This document shows, one piece after another, positions 1 through 10,405 of a stretch of DNA of 64,000 nt. The notes under the pieces are model-generated. The model was not told the DNA's origin and ran no database searches. It saw only the letters and a list, made by a program, of their open reading frames with translations. Numbering within the stretch: the stretch's first letter is position 1; each line of letters begins with the position of its first letter. The stretch spans positions 214,140 through 278,139 of the forward strand of contig NW_003314353.1 of NCBI RefSeq assembly GCF_000143415.4, given 5' to 3'. The position numbers and the translations under genes are program-made. Origin of the DNA: Selaginella moellendorffii (Eukaryota > Plantae > Lycopodiophyta).

Positions 1-1838
1 AGACCAGCCTCGTCGGAATGGCATGAGGCCTCACGTGATAACCCTACAATCTGACGGCCAACATATTCACTGGGATGGCATGGGGCCCCACGCGATACTG
101 CAAGCCTTTGCTCCTCCTCCAGCTGAACCCTGTATGGGGTTCGATCGACAAGGGCCTTATGCAAGGGTTGGCCGTTCAGCTCAGTCTGCGCACTTTGCAG
201 AGACCTTAAGTGTTTTGCTAGGGACGCAATCATCATGTTTGCACCCCCGCCACCCCATAGAGGTACAAAGAAGTTCCCATAGTTCTGGGCACCATGCCCA
301 TGAGCGATTATGCCAAACAGAGACACAGGCAGCTGCATGGATGAAGAGATTGCCTTGGGGGCAGGATTGAGTCGAGGTAAGCACGTCTTTTTCTGGTCCA
401 TTTTGTCGTGGATGATGCAGAGGTAAGAGTCAAGTCTCTCCATGGAGAGAATCCTGTTATGATAATATGCAGTCCTGCAGCTTCTCTGCTCGATGTTGTG
501 GTCGAGCCGCCTTCTAACCAACGTCTCTCGCTCTTGAGCGCTGCAAGAATTCTTCGACAAAGCCATTTTGATAGCAGTGCACTCGTCACACTTTGAAAAG
601 CTGGAGTACTTTCCTATACTCACATCCCTGAACCTGTTGCTCCACAATCTACTAAATCTAGATTGGCTCAGCTTCCTGTAGCCATTACTCTGGAGTTCCC
701 GATTCACATCTTCCAATATGGCCCCCTTGGTATACATGGAAGGGAGAACTCGTTGGGTGTCTCGTGTTCCATCTTCCAAGAGGCGGGTTTTATGTGGTTG
801 CTGCTCGCTACATGTCTCGACAAACCTCTTGAAGATTGCCTCTCCATATACAACATGACCCCTGGTTTTGTGCGTACCGTCGTTCCCATGGACTGCCTGT
901 TGAACCCTTTGTTCCTCGAACTCAGTTTTGATTCTGTAGAATGTGGTTCGAGGGACTCCATAAATGATTCTCCATGCCTTCATGCAGACCAAACCCCTCT
1001 GGAAGACCATGCCCCTCACCTGATGTTCTGAAGCATCAACAGATGACCGTAATGCCTCATACACAAAATTGCGAGCTGCCTTCCAGGACAATGTCTTGTA
1101 TCTTGCTCTCTCCTCTTCAATAGCATCCCAATCAGCATGTTGACAGCACCTCCTCTTGCAACAAGCAACTGTCGAGACCATTCGAACCTCCATCGCCATT
1201 TTCTGCCTTTTCGGTTCGTTGCTCAGATCCCTTTGGCTGCGCTTTAGGAAGGTGTACTTTCTTTTCCCATGAAGAGATGTTCTGTCATCAGTTGTAGTGG
1301 TGTTTGATTGTGAATCCTTCACATTCTCAAACACTAAGTGCCTCAATTTCCACCGCACAATGCTTCCAATAGTCAGACTGTTTTCTTCTGTGTCAACAAC
1401 CTCTAAAATCGCAACTCCAATATCATCCCAGCCCAATTCTTGATTAGCAACCGCATCTCTTAGATCGACAACTGTGGCTAAGCCCTCAGCTACCACCTCC
1501 CCCTCGGGGTTGTTTAGAAACACCTTTGCCTGAATCCAGGTAGCACGGTTCTTAAGATCCACGGAGGGAACATGCGTTGCACTTGCGCTGTCCCCAACAT
1601 CTGCTTTCTTCTAAAGATTTTTCAAGGCAACAACAACATTTACCCCGACGACCATCTCTCCTCGTTCAATAGCAACCACATTCCCATCGAAGACAGTCTC
1701 TACTGATACAGCAGCATTGCCTTCCCCAAGCCTTTCACAGTGTATAACAAAGTTCCGATCCATAGACACAAGGGTCCCTTTTGCAACTCTCTTCCCACCA
1801 TTCAAAATGTAAACCTTTTCCCCAACCCTGAAGGCCAT
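1..1838 (-). pseudogene. Sola-like/DUF7869-type transposase, N-terminal ~610 codons; one in-frame TAG at 1611-1613; continues beyond the window
   Basis: Manual translation: the frame of ORF 1611..1838 stays open from 1610 to position 1. Motifs CCKRRCC (1143-1163), VCMKAWRIIYGV, FSRLW..F, FSKCDEC (579-599), YLCIIHDKMDQKKT.LP (IIHDKMDQ at 393-416) and LFGIIAHGHG. Two tandem N-terminal beta-rich repeats (KRVAKGTL… and EVVAEGLA…). Confidence 0.7.
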
Positions 1839-2204
1839 TCTGAAAGTGCAGAAAAGAAGTTAAGACCATACAAAAAATGATTGGAGAATGGCCTAAATCA
1901 TAACATACCAAACAACCTCAATAGCATGAGGCCACACGCCATTATTCAAACATGCTATTGACACCCACGTGAAATTTCGCATTCACAAAATTGGCATGAG
2001 GCCTCATGCCATCTTGATATACACACAGCTGCAGGCAAGTAAAAACATACATGACAATACGCTAGCCATGAAATTGCAAGGGCCCAAGATGGCATGTGGC
2101 CTCATGCCATTTCTAAATGTGGTCCTAAGCCATTCCATGGTGAACATACCAGGAAGCACAAGTGCCGAATATCAAGAGGAAGCGGTAGCCACACCAAAGA
2201 CAGT

Positions 2205-2274
2205 GCCGCTCGCAACACCGCAACTACTCGTAGCGCCGCTCGCAACACCGCAACTGCTCGTAGCGCCGCTCGCA
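2205..2274 (+). repeat. 30-bp tandem repeat (~2.3 copies)
   Basis: GCCGCTCGCAACACCGCAACTRCTCGTAGC at 2205 and 2235, partial at 2265. Confidence 0.85.
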
Positions 2275-2699
2275 CAAACTGCCACTCGCATAAACTGCCA
2301 CTCGCAATGGCGCTCGCAATGCCGCAACCGCTCGTAGACGCATAAACCACAGCCCACAACGCCGCTTACACAAGCAGCGCTCACTGCGCTCAGCGGAACC
2401 AAGAACACGGCGCACAAAAATGATAGACCTAGGAATGAGTTCGAGAATTCAAAAATAACACACGCTTGAACGTCACATCAAATCCTCTGACAAACCAGAT
2501 CTTATGATTCCTCTGACAAATTTCAAACTGAGTAGCTTCTAGACTTTGCTGTCGGAGGTTGAACTTTGTCACATCATGTCCTTGCCTCGATCCAGCTGTG
2601 CCATGTCAGTGATTCGAACTTTGCCATGCCATGTCAGCGATCCGCGCCAAGATTATTCGCCGTGTAAAGGAATAATTACGCTGTGTGTGTACGTCCATT

Positions 2700-4075
2700 T
2701 ATGGCAATATAAGGCCACACGCCATTCAAAGAATAATGCTCGACATAAGGCCACACGCCATTCAAAGAATAATGCTAGTCGAGCATTTTTTGGTGCATTT
2801 TTGGGTTCAAAATTGCATGAGCCCACACGCTATAAAGTTTACCTGTACCAAAAATAGAAACAGCTTTATTTACTTGGGAATTTAAGTGGTTGAGGCATTT
2901 TTAAACTTACAAACACATGCCCTACTTACATTCCTTTGGTTGCCTAAAATTCAAAAATATTATAAACCTTTCTTTTTGCATTTTCAATGTTTTCAATTAT
3001 GGTTTTTGATTTTCGTAGGACCAGCCTAGTAATCTATTTGCATCCCGTCATGTTTATAGCTAGCTTTCGTTCGTCCCCTTCGCTAGCCTGAGATACATCT
3101 GCTCGGCATCTGCCTCTTACAGCATTTGCCCAGAAAGGGCATCTTTCTTCACGCAGCATTTGCCACATGTTTAGGGTTTAAGGTTTAGGGTTTAGGGTTT
3201 AGCAATTCAGTAGCTTGATAAACATGCAAATACAGAACTTGATGCAAAATCCTTTGATATGTCACAATGCCCCTAGGACCATAAACACATTTCAATAGAG
3301 AGGGTCCTTTCATTTCATAACTCCTTACGTAGATCTTGGTGAAACCAGAGTTAGTGAAGTTAGTTTCTTGTGATCCCGCATCTGATTGTGATGTCCCTTT
3401 GCAGTTTCGATGGAAAGGTCAATGCACACCAAACTGTAAAATCTTGGAGCAAAATAACGGTCGGATCTATGGCAAATGCCCCTGAAACATTGTAAGGCTC
3501 GTGTGGTCTCATGTGGTGTCCGATCGAGATGCTTCTTTGCAGGGTCATCAAGAAAGACATTGTATACCATTCTGTAAAATCTAGTTGCGATCTAACGGTT
3601 GGATCTCCAGAAAACTCAAAAAAATCTCGCGCGTGTCAGAATATCCTAGGAATATACTCCTATGTGCCCCTGAAAATGGCATGCGGCCCCACGCCATTCA
3701 AGAGATAATGCCAAATGACGCCGAGAATTTTTTGGTGCATTTTTTGGGTTCAAAATTGCATGAGCCCACACGCTATAAAGTTTATCTTTGCCAAATAGAG
3801 AAAAGTTTATCTGTGTCATGTGAGGTAGTTACAGTCCTTTGTGCTTGGCATCTGCCTCTTGCAGCATTTGCACTGAAAGGGAATTTTTCTCCATTCAACA
3901 TTTGGCCCTGAAAATGGCATGCGCCCACACGCCATTCAAGGAATAACGCCACAGGACGCCTGGATTTTTGGGTTTAAAATGTTTAGGGTTTTTTGGGTTT
4001 TTTCAAAATATTTTGGGTCCAACGTTTTTTGGGTTTCTTTGGTTCAAAATTGCATGAGCCCACACGCTATAATAT
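2700..4075 (+). repeat. Internal dispersed repeat blocks built around palindrome variants
   Basis: …CACGCCATTCAA…TTTTTGGGTTCAAAATTGCATGAGCCCACACGCTATAAAG recurs at ~2750-2840, ~3690-3785 and ~3925-4072. Confidence 0.75.
3170..3202 (+). repeat. Interstitial plant telomere-like (TTTAGGG)n, ~4.7 units
   Basis: TTTAGGG TTTAAGG TTTAGGG TTTAGGG TTTAG. Confidence 0.8.
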
Positions 4076-4417
4076 TGATTTGAGAGAAAAATAGAAACAG
4101 ATAGAATTTCTTTATTTAGCTGAACATCTGCCATTTTTGGAAATACAAGATGCTTTGGAATATCCAATCATGCATGGTATAAATATAGCGAGGGTATTAA
4201 ATGATATCCCAATCATGATCTTTCTTTTGGATTTCGCGTGCATGCAGTCCGAGGAATGATGACGTTGCGGATTTCTTTTGGATTTTGCGTGCTTGCATGC
4301 GCGCGGCAATCCAGAAATTAATGGTGGCGCCCAAGTCCGAGGAATGATGACGTGGCGGGATTACCAACCGTTGTGACATTTCGCGCGTGTGAGGTTAGGT
4401 TTTGCATTTTGCTTTGT

Positions 4418-4590
4418 ACTCGCGCTCGCACACTCGCGCTCGCGCTCGCATCACACTCGCGCTCCCGCTCGCATCGCGCTCCCACTCGCGATCACGCTCA
4501 CTTCTCTACAGGTTTCTCGTGTGCATCGGCGTCCACTCGCGCTTGCATCACACTCGCGCTCGCATCGCGCTCGTGTGCATCGGCGTCCAT
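4418..4590 (+). repeat. CpG-rich (CTCGCG/CTCGCA) low-complexity tract upstream of the cargo gene
   Basis: Repeated CTCGCGCTCGCA(T)CACA units. Confidence 0.7.
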
Positions 4591-5020
4591 TTCAAGACAC
4601 ACCCAGTTTGTAACTTCGCCGCCAACTCCGCCGCCCACTCCGCCACCCACACGCAGCCCACTTGGCGTCCCGGGAGATTTCAGCACCACTCTCCAACTGT
4701 AAGTGGCAGAGTAGCCTTGCTGCTACGATCCGCTGCACACACAGTGCACATTCGCCAGCGAGTCCGGCCTCGATTGTCACGGCCTCCATTCGGCTTCAAA
4801 TGGTAAGTCTTTTAGGCCAAGTAGAAAATGGCATGAGGCCACATGCCATTCAGTAGCAACATTGGCATGCACCGATTGGGCTCTCGAGTGCAGTCCGGTT
4901 ACAGATGGCGTGTAGCCTCACGCCATCTTAGGATGCAGCCTCAAGACATCTGATGCAGTGGTGAATGGCGTGTGGCCTTACGTTATTTCCAGCTGCTAGC
5001 TTTTCATCTGTCAGCTCTAA

Positions 5021-8000
5021 TTGTTGTGCATTTTTGAACAAGCGAGGAATTGCGTTCTTCTTCCAGCCACTGTCAATGTGGATGCAGAGAAGGGGGAGGA
5101 GCTCACCAGTTGGACTTTCGGGATGGAAGGCGAGGATCTGATGCTGTACAACACAGATGGTGGGAGAAAAGAATGCATGGGGATCCTCATCCAAGTGACA
5201 GACACTCCATGCAGTTCCATGCAAGAATATGGACTGGCACTTGTGGTAGAGACAGCGTCCGCCTTCAAGATCCACCTTGCACATCCTAGCGGCTTCCCGG
5301 AGGGGGGCAGCGGCTATGAGGAATTCCTAGAGGGAGCTAGGGAGAGGTTGTCCAGGAGGCCCACAATTTCAAAGACGCTGCGGGTCTATGAAGATCACAT
5401 GGAATCCACGGACCTCACCTACGGCGATGTTCAAAAACTATATTCCAACATTGAGCCGTTGAGAGTGCCTCCAGTTTGCGAAGCGAAGGGGAAGGGGGTC
5501 GATCTGGAAACTACCCCGAAGCAGAAAAGGGTGGTCAAGCTCAAGCCGACGTCCGACTCTGCTGCTCCAAAAAAGAAGCTACTCGGTGATGCCATTGCCT
5601 CGGGTTCGAACACTACACCCACCAAAAAGAAGAGCCGCAAAGAGCAGAAAGAGCAAGAAGAGGCAGCAAAAATCGTCGCAGATAATAGTACTTGTTACTA
5701 TTCCAACAAAGTATATACAATCGACGTGAGCCGTATCGAGATCCAAAGCAAATACAACCACAGGCTAGTATCTGATGAGTGGGTGGAGAAACTGAAGCAG
5801 AAGATGCTGGCAAGTCCAGTAACACCCGACATCGCAGACGTGATCCCCTACTACCGAACAATGAAGGGCGAGACGAGGTTTCCAGACTTGATCAATAGGA
5901 AGGTGTTGGACGATCAGAACATCCGGTTCTATGCCGTCTCCGGGCAGCATTCTAGCTTGGTGATGCAACAGATAGTTGTGGATATTATGGTGGGCGAGGA
6001 GGTGAAGAAAGTCTTCAAGACAAGAGTTGTCCGCATGATAAAAGGCAACTCGCCCCTCCGATCTATCATATACATCTCCCACGCGCAGAATGTCAAGCAA
6101 GAAACGTGCTACAAATCGGGTCTGCACGAGACATTGGCACGAACACGGAAGCTCTGGGTTCAACTGAAGAAGCCACAAAAACCAGGACAAGGACGTGTAC
6201 TAGCAACTAGCGCCTGGCAGGTAAGCCTCGTTGCATGTGGCATAGCATGTGGCCTCACGCCATTTCCATTGCAGGAATTCTCGAGTCTTCTCTCGAAAAC
6301 ACTGGGGGTCAATGACACACTCAGCATCCATAACATTCTACTCGCGACAAAAGTTGTTTTTGACAAATGGGTAGATGTGCTAAGGAGGTACCATGACGGG
6401 GAGTTGCTAAACTCAATGGGTGTGGAGGACGGCCGGAAGCCCAATGATTTGAAGCTCAACGCCTTGCGTTTCTCGCGGTCTCTAGACGACGACGACCTTC
6501 TGACAGTGGCTAATGCTCTTCTACGTGGTGAGGTAGTCTTCAACAAGACCAAAATGACTCCCGGCCATATTGTGACATACGAGGACTTGTGCACGACTCT
6601 GAGAGCTCGTGCGCTATTGAAGGATTGGATCTTCGAGCAAGTGGCCATGGCGAGGGTGAGCATCGACACCACGCAAGAGATGATGGAAGAGCTGGACTTG
6701 TCAAATGAAGACATCGACGAGTACGTGAAGGGGGCCCCCAAGTTCATCGATCTGCTGCGGGATGCCACGAAAAGTAAAGCTGAGAAGTTGGATCAGTATC
6801 CAAATTTCATTAAGAGGGATGTCGACCGCCGGCTTCAGAAACAGCTCGACCCCGCAGCAGAGGCCTATCGAGAACCTTACCGGGTATACGTGAATTCGGA
6901 TGAGGATCAAAGGTGGAGGAGCATCGTTTCCCGCGGAGATGAGCAGGTCAAGAACATCTTTTGTGTGATGGACTTCACAAACGAGGAGATCACTTATGCA
7001 GACGAAGTCAGCTCCATCATTGACTTAATGGTGGGACTTGCGGAGGTGGAATCTTCAGTCCACTATATGATCTACGACTCCGAATCCTATCACAAGTTCT
7101 GGAAGGCCTTGAACGAGGTGAAGGCTCGGTTGAAAGGCAAGGAGATGCGGGAGATCCATGGGATAATGGCTAAGAAGAAGATACCGACGAATGTCCGCAT
7201 CTTCACAGTCGCCCTTGTTATTGGTCCTGCAGCAGAGTGGGACTGGAGTGACTTCCCAGCTTCGTTCAACAAAGCCGATCGAATTGATCTGAGGGAGGTC
7301 AATTTACCCGTGCCTGAGGAACTGAAGACGGCTATGGAGCTTTCGAATCCAAAGAAAGCTCCAGGTGCAGCATAGGAAATGCTCAGCTGGGTCTTCAACG
7401 CAATAGCGGGTGACTCCAAGGGCAAATGCGTTGTCGAGTACAACTGCGGCGGACTATTCTTTCGAGCCGCACTACTCAAGGGTGTCCCGTGTGTTGCGGT
7501 GACAAACTCCATTGAAGAGGTGACTTCAATGGAGCATATAATTACAGTTGCCAAAGAAAAACAGTATCTTCTCTACGAACCTGGTGAGTACGCACTTTAA
7601 GTTTAAATGTTATCTCACAAGCTCTGTATGCAGGAGCGTGGCCACCCCCAGATGCTGAAACGGCGTTAACAGCTACTGATGTTAGGCCGAGGTCACAACC
7701 TGCACAAGGTAAGGTCACGTGAGGCCTCACGCCATTTTGATTATAGATCGTTGTGAATATTCAGACACGAGGACTGAAAAGCGCACTGGTGGCGCGTCGA
7801 AGAAGGACAAACAGACAAGCAATAGGAAAAAAAGAGGTACAAATTATATTTGCAATGGCGTGTGGTCTCATGCCATTCCTTGCAGGAGACACTTCTTCAA
7901 AGGCAAAACAGGCAAGCACCAGCCAAGCTCAAACTGACAGTGGTCATAAAAAGCGAAAGCACGTTGGACAGTCGTCGGGATCAGAGGCGTTTGATTCGAA

Positions 8001-10405
8001 AAGGAAGAAGGGCAACGAAAAGATGATAGGTAATGCCTCGCGGTTATGGCATGTGTGCTCATGCCATTCATTGCAGATCAAGGGGTGAGTGAAAGGAGCC
8101 AGTCACCACCTTCTGACTCAGATTCCTATGGCGGACTCCCCTTCCCCAATCTCAATGGAGAGGTACAATGGATGAGGGATGCTTTTCAAGTCAGGGCCAC
8201 GTTTTTCTCATCTCGTCGTCTTCGAAGGGTGCAAGAACGTGCAGAAACCATGTTAAGACAGTCGGGTGAGGATACGGTCCTAGGTCACGCACTAAAACAG
8301 GCTATGGATGTCTTGTATTTTGAGATGGAGACTCGGCCAGATGATTTTTCCAAGATGGTCCTGGAAAAACAAGCAATCCAGCCTGAGCAGCCTATGGAAG
8401 AAATGCAAGAGGGGGATGAGGAGCCAGAGAAAGATAATGAGCAGGAAGAGCAGAAGGACGAAGAGGAGGACAAAGAAGAGGAGGACGAAGAAGAGGAGGA
8501 CGAAGAAGAGGAGGACGAAGAGGACTTGGATGGTCCTCACAATGATGACGATCACAATAACGACGATGACGATGATGACGATGATGGCCAGCCTGAGGTG
8601 GCCAAAGAGCAGCAGAGGAAGGTCATACAAGACAAACCATCAGGTAAATAATAGTACATCCATTCCTAACCTTTTACCATTTCTAACATTGTCCATGTAG
8701 GTCGCAGAAGAAATGGTAAGTAGAGATTATTCAGTTGAATTAAGATACAAACTCTAGCCTTTAGTGTCGAGGAAGGATAGTGCCAAGCAAGGGTCGAAAC
8801 GTATGTCCAATCCTTCAGAATCAGCAGTGCGCCCAAGTGATATCGGTCCTAGTTCCTCAATAGCAGTTGATGGTAAATACAGTATAGTCGATTCAATGTG
8901 CTAATGAGTTTGTTTTTAGTAGCATGGGAGGATACCATCTCAATCGAAGGGAGATATTTGGACATGCATATGGATCCGCCAGTGGACTCTACTTGCCTGC
9001 AAGAGTCATCAGAGCTGGTGGAGGCTACTATCCATATCAACGCCAAGCAAGCTGACCACGCTCCACTTGATGCTGCCCATACCACTGAGTCAATCTTGTC
9101 CACGTATCCAACTGACGGTGACCAGGCGCCATTGGACCCGCATGAGGCCGCCCCAGCCGCCGAGCCGGTCGTATCCTCATTTCCAACGTGTGCCCAATCG
9201 TCTGACTACGCGCCGTTGGAACCTCCCTACACCGCCCCTGCTGCCTGTTCGGTCATGTCCACTTTGCCAACGGAGGCACCAGCTGAAATGGCATGTGATC
9301 ACACGCCATCGGAACCACCCCATGCCATTGTTGAGCCAGTTGTACCAGAGTCTACAGCTGAAATGGTATGTGCCCACACGCCATCGGATGCGATTGACCC
9401 CACATTGCAGAGGAGAGTATTTCCGCCCTTCACGTTTCCTCGACCAAAACCCTCTCAACAACCATCAGGAGCACCATTCGCTAATATTGTAGATGGTAAA
9501 ATTGACTTGTACCATTTTTTATGCTAACGCATTTCATTTCAGAGTCATGGCGAAAGTACTGTATCGTTTTTGATCTGAACGGTGTCCTTTTCTCCCATGA
9601 GCGTGGCTCGTCCTCGAATGTCACTACACCCTCCAAAGCCTGCGGTCGCAAGTTGGTCAAAAGAGACAGATTCACATTAATCACACGGGAGAAACTGCGG
9701 GATCTAATAATGACCATGCGACACTTAAAACAGAGGGCCGGGTTCAATTTGCAATTGGGAGTTTGGACATCCATGATGCGCCACAATGCATTAACGTTGC
9801 TACAGATGATGCACGATCAGACGCGAGTAATATTACCATTTGACTTTCTCCTAACGCAGGAGGATTGCTTGACTATGGTCCATGTGAGGGGTAGCAAGCC
9901 CATCTTCGTCAAGGCAGAGGCTGTAGTGATGAACCGGACTGCTAGGTCAAGTGAAATCCTCATCATCGATGACTCGCCGATTAAAACTGCAGCGAACACG
10001 CACACATATGCAGTGCACCCCATCTCTTGCAGTATGGAAACTAGGGAGAAGAAACCGTATGTTCTGGGGGACCTTGCAAAACGGCTTGAAGCGATGGTGA
10101 TAGAGAACCGGCCAGTCCAGGAGGTGGCTGCAGAAATCAACCAAATGGCAGATGGAACGGTATATCAGAAGCCATTTGATCGGACAGACACCAGTCATCA
10201 TTTATGGCATGTATATTGTCTAGCCAAGCACTATCCGCATCTCCATAATCTGCTCAACCGGATGGGTTCTTCGACCACTGAACATGAGCGTGGATGTATT
10301 AGAGAAGAGATGGCATTACTATTGGGTTTAAATCCTGATAGTGTGGAGAGTGATGAAATTCCAAGATTATTGTATAGGCGTTGGAGGCAAAAAATAACAG
10401 TCTGA
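5021..10405 (+). pseudogene. Multi-exon ~1,640-codon element cargo gene: ParB/Srx-like, degenerate MTase-like, acidic/low-complexity and FCP1/NIF HAD phosphatase-like domains; premature TAG at 7373-7375
   Basis: GT-AG introns 6221-6274, 7584-7633, 7709-7764, 7837-7885, 8030-8076, 8644-8700, 8716-8764, 8873-8919 and 9496-9542 join ORFs 5021.., 7379.., 8046.., 8898.. and 9521.. in frame. The TAG is TGG in copy 2. The true start is unresolved (candidate ATG 4800-4802 followed by GTAAGT). Confidence 0.7.

Noticed and set aside
8292-8630. Hydrophobic antisense ORF resembling a membrane protein (also 38225-38548)
   Set aside because: Reverse complement of the GAR/GAY acidic tract
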